Below are positions 1 through 12,289 of a stretch of 64,000 nt of DNA, one piece after another. This stretch comes from Rhodosorus marinus CCMP1338 (taxonomy: Eukaryota; Plantae; Rhodophyta), in assembly GCA_029953675.1 (NCBI GenBank), contig JAMWBK010000003.1:1302001-1366000 (forward strand), in the 5' to 3' direction. The notes beneath the pieces are model-generated. The model saw only the letters and a program-made list of their open reading frames with translations. It was not told where the DNA came from and did no database searches. Position numbers and translations under genes: made by a program. Every line of letters starts with the position of its first letter. Position 1 is the stretch's first letter.

Positions 1-856
1 TCACAGTCTTCTTCTTCTTTTCCTCTTCATCGGGCTTCTCCTCGGTGACATCCTCGACCTTCACTTCGTCAGTGTCCATATCCTCATCTTCCTTCTTTTC
101 CTCTTCGGTCTTTTCAGCGCCTGCTTCTGCTTCCTTCTTCTCCTCACTCTTCTCGGCGTCATCTTCCATGGCCTCGTCGTCTTCAACCTCCTTCTCAACA
201 ATCTTCTCAATCCAGAGGTTGATTGGGTACTGAATGAACTGCGAGTGTTTCTTTACAAGTTCTTTCAGTCGCCTCTCTTCAAAATATTCCTTCTGATCTT
301 CCTTCAAGTACAGGCAAATTGAAGTTCCACGTCCAAGAGGTTCTCCTTCATCCACCTTAATCGTGAATGAACCTCCCGCAGATGACTCCCACACATACTG
401 CTCATCATCGTTATGCTTGGTCCTGACGATCACCTTGTCCGCTACCAGGTAAGCTGAGTAAAAGCCCACGCCGAATTGTCCAATCATACTGATGTCTGCG
501 CCGGCTGTAACGGCTTCCATAAAGGCCCTAGTCCCGGACCTCGCGATCGTTCCAAGATTGCTGACAAGGTCCTTCTTCGTCATTCCCACACCAGAATCCC
601 GGATGGTCACAGTTCGATTCTCCTTGTCAGGGGTGATGTTGATCTCCAATTCACCCTTACTATCCAGGGCGCTCTTGTCCGTGAGCGATTCATAGCGGAT
701 CTTATCCAGTGCGTCCGAAGAATTCGAAATCAGCTCTCGCAAGAAGATCTCCTTATTGCTGTAGAAGGTGTTGATTATCAAGCTCATCAACTGGTTGATC
801 TCAGCTTGAAACTGGTATGTCTCAACGCCATCGGCGCTAGAAGTAGCCGTTGCCAT
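1..856 (-). CDS. HSP90: Cytosolic HSP90, N-terminal part (runs off the window start)
   Basis: My minus-strand translation from the ATG at 856 reads [55 protein letters not shown]...[16 protein letters not shown]...[11 protein letters not shown], then the acidic charged linker. Confidence 0.97.
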   Translation of the reverse strand, partial: MATATSSADGVETYQFQAEINQLMSLIINTFYSNKEIFLRELISNSSDALDKIRYESLTDKSALDSKGELEINITPDKENRTVTIRDSGVGMTKKDLVSNLGTIARSGTRAFMEAVTAGADISMIGQFGVGFYSAYLVADKVIVRTKHNDDEQYVWESSAGGSFTIKVDEGEPLGRGTSICLYLKEDQKEYFEERRLKELVKKHSQFIQYPINLWIEKIVEKEVEDDEAMEDDAEKSEEKKEAEAGAEKTEEEKKEDEDMDTDEVKVEDVTEEKPDEEEKKKKTV

Positions 857-1051
857 CCTGTCCAATTCCAAAACACACTTAACAAGGGCAAACTCAAGAA
901 ACAAACGAATCACTCACCAACTATGCTCTACAATGCTCCCTCCACCTTACCAAGCTGCGTGCAGCTCGATGCCACAAGGATCAGCATAATAAATGCAACC
1001 GTGGCAGTAGTATTTGCCGAAACCCCGCGCTAGTCCGCTGGTCCGGAGAGG

Positions 1052-1093
1052 GTTCCCGAAGTTTCCAGAAAATGAAATTCCAAAGAAGCTTCG
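1052..1093. promoter_or_regulatory. Heat-shock element upstream of HSP90
   Basis: Four perfect alternating pentamers, gTTCc cGAAg tTTCc aGAAa (1052-1071), plus aGAAg cTTCg (1084-1093), about 200 bp 5' of the HSP90 ATG. Confidence 0.8.
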
Positions 1094-3086
1094 AGAGACG
1101 AACGACGATGGTACGCGAAGATGTCAACAACGTAACAAGGCCTCGTACCTCTCGCAAATCCGAATCTTAAACCCCTGGCTACAGTGAGCTAATATCAGCG
1201 TTTTAGCAGACTCGCTTCCATCTCCCCCTCTCAGAAGAAATACGAAAACAATATTTTACAGTATAATAAATATAATTAGAGGGCTTCGCTCATTCATCTT
1301 TTTGCGTGACGGTCGCTTCGCAGGAGCATCAAGCGCTCGGACCTTCGTCCTCTCTCCTTAACCCACCCCTTTCTCAATCTGAAAATCTTGTCATTACTTT
1401 GAGTTTGACCTACCCCCTTGCAACGAACCGATTCGACAAGGATATTTTTAAGCTCAAGCTGGTTCGCCCCCGGTTCTCCCTTCCCCCCCCCAATGGACAA
1501 CCAAGTTTTATGGACAGAAGAATGCGAATGGAATGGACGGCGCATTCTCGCGTGTCTCCTTCGGCGTATTCTATCAACGATCAGAAAACCAAAACACCGT
1601 ACCCCCCCTGGGGGTACGAGTGAACGAGGCTAGAAGTTTCCAGACGGGTTAAGGTTGTCCAAATTCTTACGGGCCATATGCGTGAGACAACGCTATCTTC
1701 TTTCCGGAAATTGCTTTCGCATGATTTTTCAAATTTTACTCAATATTAAGTTGGTTATAAATTTCTATATTTTGAGGGCATTCCATGGCTAGTAAGTGCC
1801 CCATGATTTACTGATGCGGAGGGACTCCGCGAAAGTGCGAGAATTTGGAGAATCAAAAGCAACTCGACTTAGCGGATAGTGTTTTTCAATTATAATCTAA
1901 CAATTTTTACCGCATATCAAACAGAGAAATTTCCCGCCCTGTGGAGATAACGGAAATTTGTTGACTCGGGAAGATCGACGCTCTGCTATGCCAGCACGGT
2001 TGGCCACACTCGGACAATTCGTCCGGCAGGATGGATGGCAAAGTGTCAAATGGGGTGTGCGTGAAGGGGCTTCGTGATACGATGCACGAAAGCTGCTCTC
2101 GTTTTATTATCTTATGCTCTGAGTTGATTTGTCGATAGCACAGAGTGGTGCAAGCTGGGTTTAACACATCTGGGGACTTGCTGCTGGGGTTGTCGCTCGT
2201 GAACATGCTCGTTCCCCGTCTTTGCTGGACAGAACTTCCTCGAGGAAAGATGCAGTCGAGGGGCCGGTTTGGAACCTCTGCCTGAAGCGGCTTCAATCTT
2301 CTCTGATGTGTCAAGACCTGATCGTCCTTCTAGCAGTGCTGCCCTCCCGGTCTTCACGAAACTTTCTGTCCAGAGGTTCCCATCCTTTTTGAGATTCAGG
2401 CGAGTGCGTCACCGTCTGTCCATCCAGAGACCAACGCTACACTTAATACAAGCTACCTATACGGCACATTGAGTCCTTGCCTGCAGTGAATTTGACTAGC
2501 GGTCTACTTGGAAATAGTTCAGAGACAAAATGAATGGTGTTGGAATGGATGAATCCCTATGCCGGAGAAGTTTGTGATTTAATCATAGGGTGAAGGCTCC
2601 CTATGATCAAACCACAATACTTCTCTCATAGAACAATTACGTCGCTTTAATTGAGTTCACATTGATATTAGAATGTGATTTCTGAAATACTTTTCGGAAA
2701 GTTTCCGCCTGCCAATTTCAACTCGACCGAAGCACGCTATCGTAGTTGTTCAGAGTGACGTTGACAACCCTGCCGCTACTTTGTCCAAAACGGGCTGTAT
2801 CGCTGGTGCCAGGCGGTTATAATGAACCACTGTTCGCAGATGGCGCTCATTCCTATTATTTAGTTCTGCTTTCCACATGATCCCCATTGATCAGCTATGC
2901 GGGTGCAGGGAGTTGCCGTCCTCAGCTCTCGTCTGTTTCACGGTGCCATCCTCTTGTCTAGTCTGATTTGGTTCGGAGAAAAAACCTTGCTGTTAGATTT
3001 CCACCACGAAGTAAGAAGTTACGGAATATTCTCGGTCGTTCGCGTAGTGCGAAGGATGGATTCGTTCTCGACCTATTTATACAGCA

Positions 3087-3615
3087 CTACGAACTTACAT
3101 CTCTTCTCTGATTGAGGGCCAAATTTTTCTCGGTGATCTCAACGTTTTCACCTTGGACGCGATTATTTTTGTAGACACGTAGAGCTTCTCGATAGTACGT
3201 TTCCGCGTCACTTCTTCTCTTTTGCCTATCCACCATGACCGCAAGATATGAGAGCAAGTCCCCATGTCGTTCAGGGCGATCGAACCCAATGGCCTTATAC
3301 ACTCCCAGCGCCTTTTTTACGTGGAACTCTGAACGCTTGAAGTCTTGCTTGCTGCCGAAGATATGTGCAAGGTCCTTTCTCAGGGAGGAACAGAAATCCA
3401 AAACTGAGAATACCGGATGGGCTCATTGGATTGTGCAATCTACAACTCAATCGAAAACGCACCACTTGCAAGTCTGCATACTGGATCGTATTTCTCCCAT
3501 TGTTCTCTTCTAGTAAAGCAACTGCTTGATCGTAGAGCACGGCTGCACCCTCGTAGTCTCCCCACTTCTGTAGTGTTCTTGCGTACTCCCGCCATTGCTT
3601 AATTTTCGTGTTCAC
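3087..3615 (-). CDS. Small TPR-repeat protein (kinesin-light-chain-like TPRs), probably two exons
   Basis: ORFs 3295-3615 and 3087-3401 give helical TPR-like text (YEGAAVLYDQAVALLEE; LSYLAVMVDRQKRRSDAETYYREALRVY). They are joinable by an intron of about 3376-3465, with splice sites uncertain. Confidence 0.65.
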
Positions 3616-3863
3616 TTCCTAAGGGAAATGCCAAAAATGATTGTCACAAAAAGCTCGAATCACGGAAGCGTTTTGATGTAGCTCACTGATGCATCAACTG
3701 TGTCCACTGTCAGCGGCGCAGAAACGAAACTGCCCCGATTCAGCTTGAGGGATTTCCTCCAGCTAACTCTAAACCCGCGGTTCCCTGAGAAGTTAACAAC
3801 AAGCGTTGGGTCGTCAGCTTGAGGCACAGGATACCCCGATCAGTTGTGCACAATGTGTCGCTT

Positions 3864-4590
3864 TCATGCCTCAAGTACATGCTTACCATTCACGGGCTGA
3901 TTTTCCTTGGTCAAACTTTGTCGTTTCTCAGCTACAGGTTGCTGTGTCACTGGGTCAGGTTTCTGGGAAGGAGGAACCTTCGCCCTGGGCTCTTGGCTTG
4001 GCGTTTGGCCGCTGGGGCTGGGGGATTTCCGACTGAACATGTCACCGGCGCGCCGCAGTATGGACTTCCTTTCCTTTGGAGGAGGAACTGCCGGGCTCTG
4101 CCCAGCAGTGTGAGGACTGCTCGCTGTACCGCGAAGCGAAGATCCTTCTTCGCGGATAATGGAAGGATTCCCCACTGGACAAACTTGGTTTCTCATTACT
4201 ACGAGCTTGTGGTATCTTGTCCCTTCAGCGTCGTGGACTATTGAGTACTGCTCTGAATCATCACGCACTCGGTACTCACCATCGACAATGTATTTGAACA
4301 AATGCTCGCCTTGAGGTATCTCGATAACTTCGATGCAAAGGTTTTTGCATGAGACAACGAGACGAACATGTGTACAATTTGGTTAGTATTCGGAATTGAA
4401 CAATACAGGAGAATTGCTTCTCACCGGGTACCGTGCAAGTGTACTTACCAGTACCAAAGCTCTTATCCGCTTGTTGCCTCAAAGGGTGTCTCAGGAATCG
4501 GTCGAAGTTCCCAACAACGTACACGGAGCTTGCATAGTCATCGGCTGGCCACGTGAAAGTTGTCCAAACATTTGAATTGCCCTTTTTCAT
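3864..4590 (-). CDS. CBM48 / AMPK-beta-type glycogen/starch-binding domain protein
   Basis: Exon 1 TTFTWPADDYASSVYVVGNFD; intron 4448-4328 (GTAAGT...CTAAC...AG); spliced join SFGTVIEIPQGEHLFKYIVDGEY matches the CBM48 pattern; low-complexity Pro/Ser/Gln tail. Confidence 0.75.
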
Positions 4591-6626
4591 CCGTAGGCCT
4601 GAAGAAAAGTAGGTGGTAGTTTAGTGGAAAGCACGACTCCGTGTTCTGAGCAGTAGCCCTAGCCTCAAATCCCCTTTTCCTTCTCCTCCGTACCCTCCAT
4701 AGCTAGGTTCGCCACCTCGGGGTCCGCTGACTCTTGTGTTGATGCCCTTCTGATTCAAAACGACACTTAGGCGGTCTGAAACGGAGATATTCAGAAGTAT
4801 GCAGTACTTCAGGTCTACTATATAGGTCTCCTCGTATCCTTTGACGTATTCACAAGGTATCACCATCAACGTTCACCTGCACTTACTCTATTCAGCTCGC
4901 GAGAACTCATTGCGCCTTACAAACAATCTTCATCCCTTCAAGCATTTTTGGAAGGTCCAACACGTTTTGCCACTGGAGATGCGCGTCTGCCTGGTCATAC
5001 CCACTCTCTAGACCTATGGCATGTCGGAAACACGTTCAAAGGGAGAAACCCTTGAGTTTCCTACGAAAGACCATATTTTGACCTTGCCGTTATTTGATCT
5101 TCAATCCTGTTTTTGAAGATGGTTCATTTTAATTTTACTATTCATGAGTTTTCAAATATAACTCGAAAATGTTCAAAAAATTGCTGCGAGGGAATATAGA
5201 ATTTTTTGCGGGGTCCATGCCGAAGTCAGGCCCGCTGGGGTACGCCATCAAGATGAAACCTGCAAAAGAAAAACAGGTGGATGCTAAGGGAAACGGTGTG
5301 CGTCGAATCTTCACGTCACATCCTGTTTACGACCTAGTGGGAATGGACGAGCCAAGCCTTCCCGATTGAGTTCTAGCATCATCGAACTTCGGGCGTGCCC
5401 CTTCCCCTTACTATCAAGATGATGTGAAACTCAGTATCAAAGTCCGTTACTGCTTTCCTGAATGAACAACAATAATTGTGGGTACAAGAATAACATCATT
5501 ATTATCACCCAGTGGAGCCTGTTGCTGATGTACGCTCTTGTAGGCTTCCGCGCGCTGGTCCGCACTACCAGAAGTTGTTGCTGCAGATGAACCCCGTCAT
5601 TTTACGGGTCAATGGACGAGGCTATGACTAGGTGGGGGCGTTCCGCAGCTCTTGGCCATCGGTAATGAGCCTCGCTTCGCATGGGTCAAGCGTATATGAA
5701 AATGATCGCAATGAAAGACCGAGCCCTCCAAGTGCAAAGCCAAAACATCGATGATTGGTACTCCTTTTAGCTCAAGCAAACGCCCAAGACCTTCGGGAAA
5801 CCCGCAACTCCCTCTGCTGTGCCAGGTTGTGGCACTCTTCCCTGTATGTCCCTGCTCCTTTCCTGCACATCAGCTTGCCAAGCCTGAACCGAAGCGAAGG
5901 AAGCACTGTGGATCCGGTTGCCAGGATGCGACATGACCCAGCACATCATTTAGCTTGTTCAGCCTTTAATTTGGGATCTAAATTCGACGGCCTTTCTGGG
6001 AGTGGAGATTGCTAAAAAGTGGTTGAGAAGAGCGTACAAACTCCATTATGGCTGCGACCACATGGAAATGTGACAAGCCTATTTCGAGGTCAGCAGTTGA
6101 GGTGAACCAAAGGATTGCCAGTCAGCCCAGAAACAGCGACTTGACAAGCTCGACGGCCTTATCAACCAACCTGCTCCAGGTTGCTATACCTCGGGGAAGC
6201 ACATGGAACCTGATAAGGCTTGCTGCTTCCGAATCTCCGAGAATCCTGGTTGACTCGGACCCTGCACATGATGAAAAAGTGAAAGTCTGTGGTTTTCAAC
6301 GCCCAAGTCCATGGGCGAGGAACCCAATCGTTACCCATCGGTGAGGGGAGGACAAATAGGTTTTGCCCAAACAGCGACAGGGAAGGTGGCAACTCCAATG
6401 GGAGGATTTGATTTCTGATGGGTGGGGGAAGTGAACGACCTCTCCAAATGGGATTTCGGTGTGTTACGTGTTCGAGTAGGTGAATGATAAGGTCAAAGGG
6501 AGATTTTGATGTTTGACATGTCCAGGTAGGTGAATCTCGGGGTCGTGAGGGCGCCGTCTTAGAGTTGCTTGTGCCTCAATCCGAATCTCCGACTTTAGAG
6601 ATTGCGAATCGGCGCGCACAGAGGCG

Positions 6627-7811
6627 TTGGGAATGGTGAGGCACACGCGGTTGTTCCTTTCGGTGATAACCGTTGCGGTGCTGCATGCAGCCGTGGAGGT
6701 GCCATTTGCCAGCGGAGCAGCAGACAATGCTTGTACGCGACGTGCGGTTGGGGAGAGCCTATGCCCCGAACTCTTTCTTATTGGGTTTCAGAAGGCGGGA
6801 TCTACTGCGCTTTGGTTTTATTTGACGTACGAAAAGGGACACTTGGGCCTTAAATATGCGCAGGGTCTGCCTGCTGATGACCACAAAGAGATTCATTTCT
6901 TTGATTCCAAATATGCGAGCGGAATTGAGTGGTACGCAAGTATGTATGGTACTAGAAACACCACTGATGAAATCTCAATGGACGCAACTCCAGACTATAC
7001 GAGAGTTCCTCAGGTTCCGGCGAGAATACAAAAGGAGTTGATTCCGGACAGATGCAGGTTTATTGTGAGTATCCGGGATCCGGTTACTCGCGCCTACTCC
7101 TGGTACAAGCACATCCATGCGGTTTTCCTGCAGCAGGACGACTACGATACCGCGTTACAACCCTTCGGTTACAAGTTTTCTTTAATGGTCAAGTATGTAG
7201 TGCCGCAGGTGTTACGGTGCATAGAGTCAAGCGAGAATGCAAATGACGTGCACGGAAATTGTGGCTATCAGTCTGCATACTTTCACGGACGACACATAGA
7301 GATTGAGGAAACTGGCTTGGAAACCCAATTGTTTGGGCTTGCGAGCTCGCCGTTTTCTGACAGTTTATACGGATATATCCTGCTTCACTGGTGAGATTCT
7401 TCTCTTCGTCGGCGTGCTCAAAGCGGATATCTGATCTTGACGTTTTGATCGTTCAATAGGTTCAAGTATTTCAACCCCCAGCAGTTTTGCGTTGTGGTAT
7501 ACGAGGACCTCCTGGATAATTTCGAAGAAGAAGTTGCCTTCCTGAAACCCTGCTTAAGCTTCTACGGAAAAGAGGTTTCTATCTGGCCCAGCGAGCAGTT
7601 GCCCAAATTAAACGAGCAGCCTTGCGAATCGTGTGACAAACTTGAAACTTTCGAGCCTGAGAATTTCAGAGAAATTGGGGCTGATTTGCAGAAGAACTTT
7701 TTCTTGACTTCAAACGAGTTGGTGAGATCTTCTTTGATGATCTTTTATGGCCGTGCTCAACCGCGGAGATGGGAGGACGCATATGACCTAGCGAGCCCGG
7801 CCTCTGAGTGA
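6627..7811 (+). CDS. Secreted/Golgi sulfotransferase (heparan-sulfate 3-O-sulfotransferase-like fold), two exons
   Basis: N-terminal hydrophobic segment; PAPS-binding motif FLIGFQKAGSTAL, plus KEIHFFD, DATPDY and IRDPVTRAYSWY. A 69-bp intron at 7391-7459 (GTGAG...CAATAG) restores the frame as LHWFKYF...VVYEDL. Confidence 0.88.
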
Positions 7812-8391
7812 CATTTAAAGCTTGGACGTAGGAGAAACTTCAAGCAGCAGGGAGGAGAAGTTCTGAGGCTCTGCAGCACTGGTTTAGCGCAATTAAGCCA
7901 GAGTGTGGGCACTCCGGAATACCTTCCGAGCTCACTGCATAGCTGCTCATTGCGAGCTATCGCTTGCGTATGTTAACGTAATCCTTCCGAATTCAAGTAG
8001 GAGTATTACTACGACGGGATTAGTTTGATCGTTAGTCAGCCTGTTCAAGCCACTGGAGGCAAGCTTACTGTTCCTCAGGCTTCTCCCAAGCATCAAGGAA
8101 AGGTGAGGGCGGAAGTACCGCCTTCACTGGCTTCCCAGTTGCGCGACGTCTGCTTCTGTTGGGATTAACTATTTCCGGCTTTACTATGAAACAGTCCAAA
8201 ACTAAAAAGCTTATTAGGACAACAGACGTATATGGGACAACGCGGGGGCTTGCAGTGAAACAGTTGTGCATTCATCACTAGACTATGCCTAGCATGTAAC
8301 CGTGCCTTGGAGCATCGATAAGTTTTTATGTATGTGTTTTCCATGATGTTCAGGGTCCTGCACAGATGATACGATCTTAGCAGGGCTTGCA

Positions 8392-8411
8392 GGGGTTACC
8401 TTAGTCTGGGG
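8392..8411 (+). repeat. Most gene-proximal copy of the 16-bp telomere-like repeat
   Basis: GGGGTTACCTTAGTCTGGGG, one mismatch to the GGGGTTACGTTAGTCT consensus. Confidence 0.7.
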
Positions 8412-8770
8412 CGAAGCTAGCAGAAGATCCGAAAATGGCACACTACATGGAAGCGATGTCCATCGAGCAGCCTGACGCATTGTACAAAGCAGAGAAGTTT
8501 AAGCTATCTAAATATGACGCGATTGGAGACCACACGGTCGACACCTTTGTGCCATTCTGTGCGGAGACCTTCGGGCGACTAGGCAAACGTGCGGATGAGT
8601 TCCTCCAATAGGTGAGCTCCCATCTACAGAACCCTGTAGGACAAGTGAGAGAAGCCCGAGCGATGCTGAATCGAACATTGTGGAAGGGGAACGCGCTCCT
8701 GGCCACACAAGCTCGTCGAACAGTCCAAGGGAACTACCCGATAGTCCCCATGGTAGAACGTAGCCACACC
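8412..8770 (+). mobile_element. Degenerate 3' end of an RLE non-LTR retrotransposon (old family)
   Basis: Translates AEKFKLSKY...TFVPFCAETFGRLGKRADEFL*...LNRTLWKGNA, the C-terminal restriction-like endonuclease motif, with a stop codon. Confidence 0.7.
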
Positions 8771-8775
8771 ACCCA

Positions 8776-9130
8776 CTAGGGGTTCACCCATAACGCAGTG
8801 GTAGTCTTCTTCTTCAATCTTTGTTCTCCTTTAGGGAGTCCTTTAGTAAATCGTCCACGTATCTGGGGAGTATTGACATGATAAAGTTGGATCCTTTCAA
8901 CGAGATTGATTTGGAAATGACATTTCCAAAGGCTATGCCACCGGATGGAGGGGGCTCTGGCCCTCGACCGATGGACGCTTCTACAGAAGTTGCGCCACCC
9001 CAACCTGTACCTGTACCTGTTCCAGTACCTGCTCCTGCACCTGTTCCTGAAACTGAAGCACATGTTCCACTTTACATCGACAGGAGCTGCGCCGCCCTCA
9101 AACTCCACCGGGATGCACCCCAGGTTACGT
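8776..9130 (+). mobile_element. ORF1 N-terminal remnant (family E), homologous to 12393-13025
   Basis: PPDGGG...(PV)n...IDRSCAALKLHRDAP aligns with PPD*GG...PIPVP...IDMSCGALKLHIDAP at 12.4 kb. It begins after AGGGGTT. Confidence 0.55.
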
Positions 9131-9183
9131 GAGGGGAACGTTCGTGGTGTGCTGCGGTAGGGAGCTGCTGAATAAAGGCTACA

Positions 9184-9841
9184 GGGTTTACGTTAGTCCG
9201 GGGTTCCATTCATCCTTGAGACGTGCGGGCGACTCGGACAGGCAGGGCTTGATTTTCTGCGAAAGGCGACTGGGGTAGACGCTGAACTGCCAAGAACAGC
9301 CCCTACCTATGACAGACGACTGCAGCAGACACTGGAGAGGGGAGAGTGCGGAAACCCCCTCGTAGAGACAACGGTTAGCGCTGATTCTGCCCAAGTCCCA
9401 GCCGCTCGGGAGGACAGCACGCCTGAGACGCCTGCCACGACAGCCCGTGATCGACTAGATTCGGAGCCTGACCCCTCCACCACTAGCGATCAACCAGTGA
9501 CCCCTGCGGAGCCGATGCAAGGACTTTCGACGGCCCAAGACCAGAGACAGGTTGCTCAACCGACTAAGCGCCGCAAGCCCGCCGACGGCGACGACCTGAC
9601 GACTGACTCCCTCTCGACGACCCATTCATGAGCAGCTCCTCGGACGAGTATAGGGTTACTTTAGTCTGGGTGCGTTAGTCTGGACAAAACGACATGATGA
9701 ACTAAAATGGAGCTGAGCCGATGGATGCACATGTGGAAGTTTACGGACCTCAAGTGGAGCCCCAAGGGTTCTTTTCCGGGTCAGGTATTCGATCTGATAT
9801 TGTAGCAAGGCACCCGACCAGCGTTTACGTTAGTCTGGGGT
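9184..9841 (+). repeat. Three telomere-like repeat tracts (9184-9205, 9653-9683, 9825-9841) separating retroelement fragments
   Basis: GGGTTTACGTTAGTCCGGGGTT; GGGTTACTTTAGTCTGGGTGCGTTAGTCTGG; TTACGTTAGTCTGGGGT. Confidence 0.8.
9206..9652 (+). mobile_element. 5'-truncated RLE element 3' end with a long C-terminal extension (family D)
   Basis: Reads PFILETCGRLGQAGLDFLRK followed by a long acidic/Pro/Thr tail with PTKRRKP, stop near 9630. Telomere-like repeats flank both sides. Confidence 0.6.
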
Positions 9842-10140
9842 AGGAGTACAACAAGGAGACCCCCTTGGACCTGCTCTACTCGCTCTTGCACTGGCACCTT
9901 TCCTCGAAGCACTACACAAAAGGTACTCGGAGGTAACTACTGTGGCTATTCAGGATGACATCACGCTAGTGGGCCCAACGGAGTCCCTTAAAGCGGCTCT
10001 ACTATGGAGTCAGAACACGCTCACTACAATTGGAGCACAACTCCAACCCGAGAAATTCACAATGTTTGGGCACGACCTTCCCTTGCTCGGCTGGTCACTC
10101 GAAACATGGCAGAGGTCAACGTTTCCCGAGAGGGAGTAAC
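9842..10140 (+). mobile_element. Reverse transcriptase core fragment, A-related
   Basis: GVQQGDP(L)GP...VAIQDDITLVGP...GAQLQPEK, with frameshift. Confidence 0.8.
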
Positions 10141-11569
10141 TGGATCCTTTACCGGGCAGCTGCCTACTGCAGCGCAACACTAATTCTATCACTATCTAGG
10201 GAAATGATCAGGCTCAACCCCGGCTCCCGAGGTCACTAGTTACGATAAAAAGAAAAATAAGGAATCACGGTTGCTCCGATTGATCCACCCGCAGAGAGCT
10301 TAGTGCGAGCTCTGCGTTGCCTGCCCAAATTGGTTTAATTGCGCTCTCACGTCGCGTAACGCTTCCTGTTTTGTCACCATATGTGCACACACCCATCTCG
10401 TAGGAAATCCTACGTGATTTGACCGGTTCTGCCAAAGGTTTCAATCGCTATCGGGATGAACACATCATCGGGATGTTCAGTCGCCATAGCCTCCTTGTAG
10501 TGCGCTAATTTCCATCTCTCAGCGTGTTTCGCGGCGTATCCGTTGGTGTCGTGGCTCTTAGGTAGGTGTCGTGCTTGGAGGGGTGAGACTACCGTCACAT
10601 CCATGGCAAAATGTTGCCATGTCCTAGGGTGGATGCCCACTATATCAGGTCGCAGATTCGAGTTCGTAAAGTAGTCCATGGGTTCTTGCTTGAACTCTAG
10701 AAATTGCCAACGGTTAAGCCATCTCGCCAGCTCAGTACATACCTCATCATGGCGCCTTTGCCACAGCCCAGTCGAGGTAAGACAGGGTGAACTCTTTCTA
10801 CGCTATTAGTACCATGCGTACTATGACAGGTAGTACACCTCTCCGTCGTGGGTAATCCTGGAACCGGCAGCCCTAGCAGTTGTCGAATATCCACCTGCAT
10901 TCCCGGACCGCTCAATTTTCGTGCGCCAGAGTGTGGTAAATCTCGTAGCCAGACGTCTGAACCGGCTCCTGCAGCGGAGCGTATTCTGGCTCTGAGTTCA
11001 CGATCGATCATGGGATCCGTGACTAGTCGGGTGAAAGCAGTTAGGTGTGCCTCTCTCGAGAGGGTTTGTTGTGTGGAACCTTGCTTTACCTCAGGCTGGT
11101 CCAGAGGGGGGGGGACCGACTCCAGGGGCAATAGGTAGGTACGTCGGGCTTGCTAGTTGGCGAATACGCCGGGAGGTCTCGGGGTTTAGGCGCTTTTTGA
11201 TCGCCTCACTCGCGGTCAGGATTTGAAGTGGTGAGTTGTCTGCAGAGTGAGGGAGACGTCGGGATTGACTCAGAGGCAGTCTTGCCGCTTCCAGGGTTTT
11301 GTCTAACACCATTTTCAGGTGAGGCCAATACCCCTTGTTCACCTCGAAGGTTTGCATCCATCTCGTGTAGAATGAGATGGGTTGGATGCGGCTTCTAGTT
11401 CAGAATCCTAGACCTCCCTACCTGCACGGGAGTGCCACTTGTTGCCATACCCGTGGTGTTCGTTCTGGGTCTTCCTCCATATTTGTTTGTAGACAGCCAA
11501 TTAGGCGTTCTAGTTGTAGTCGGGTCATTGTATCAGCTTCTTTTGCGAGAGTTCGTCCAAATTGATAGG
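10141..11569 (-). mobile_element. A-related element, 3' half, minus strand
   Basis: RARIRSAAGAGSDVWLRDLP, C-x2-C knuckle, LRPDIVGIHP, DVTVVSP, FIPIAIETFGRTG; carries the family-A 3' UTR motif GCTGCAGTAGGCAGCTGCCC. Confidence 0.85.
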
Positions 11570-12243
11570 TCAGTACCCATTCATTCGATCCCGATTGGTA
11601 CACGAAACTATGTGGAGGATGCCACGAGAAAGCTACAAAACCAACATGCAATTTTGGTGAAGGAGATATTCCAACTCTCCCACGAAGAACTCAACACGCA
11701 ACTTGCACTATTCCGATACTGTTCGGAAACTCGGTTGGACTATACGCTCCGGACTCGGGCCTACCAATTCGGACGAACTCTCGCAAAAGAAGCTGATACA
11801 ATGACCCGACTATAACTAGAACGCCTAATTGGCTGTCTACAAACAAATATGGAGGAAGACCCAGAACGAACACCACCGGTATGGCAACAAGTGGCGCTCC
11901 CGTGTAGGTAGGGAGGTCTAGGATTCTGAACTAGAAGCCGCATCCAACCCATCTCATTCTACACAGGATGGATGCAAACCTTGGAGGCGAACAAAGTGTA
12001 TGGTACTCACCTGAAAATGGTGTTAGACAAAACCCTGGAAGCGGCAAGACTGCCTCTGAGTCAATCCCGACGTCTCCCTCACTCTGCAGACAACTCACCA
12101 CTTCAAATCCTGACCGCGAGTGAGGCGATCAAAAAGCGCCTAAACCCCGAGACCTCCCCGCATATTCGCCGACTAGCCAGCCCGACGTACCTGCCAACTG
12201 CCTCTGGAGTCCGTCCCCCCCCCTGACCAGCCTGAGGTAAAGC
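11570..12243 (+). mobile_element. A-related internal fragment, plus strand, overlapping the previous copy in sequence
   Basis: IHSIPIG...LFRYCSETRLDY...WQQVALPC; ends abruptly at telomere-like repeats. Confidence 0.8.
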
Positions 12244-12246
12244 TGA

Positions 12247-12282
12247 GGTTACGTTAGTCTGGGGTAGCGTTAGTCTGGGGTT
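12247..12282 (+). repeat. Tandem telomere-like repeat, about 2.3 units
   Basis: GGTTACGTTAGTCTGGGGTAGCGTTAGTCTGGGGTT. Confidence 0.85.
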
Positions 12283-12289
12283 CTAACGA

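Noticed and set aside
476-1033. 185-aa plus-strand ORF (and 45-233)
   Set aside because: Antisense shadow of HSP90, which is clearly encoded on the minus strand.
1100-2500. Several short ORFs and a second HSE-like motif near 1632
   Set aside because: No recognisable protein motif and no reliable exon chain could be built by eye; a gene may still be present.
4621-6400. Short ORFs that look partly protein-like (e.g. 4621-4869 minus)
   Set aside because: No family recognised and the splice structure is unresolved, so it is not called.
12231-12243. CCTGAGGTAAAGC as a mini A-type tail
   Set aside because: The same sequence is present in the inverted arm at 11083-11097, so it is internal element sequence.
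12247-12282. 16-mer as a spliced-leader RNA gene target (as for trypanosome CRE/SLACS)
   Set aside because: It occurs as short tandem units with no conserved downstream intron/Sm-site region; SL targeting cannot be fully excluded without data.
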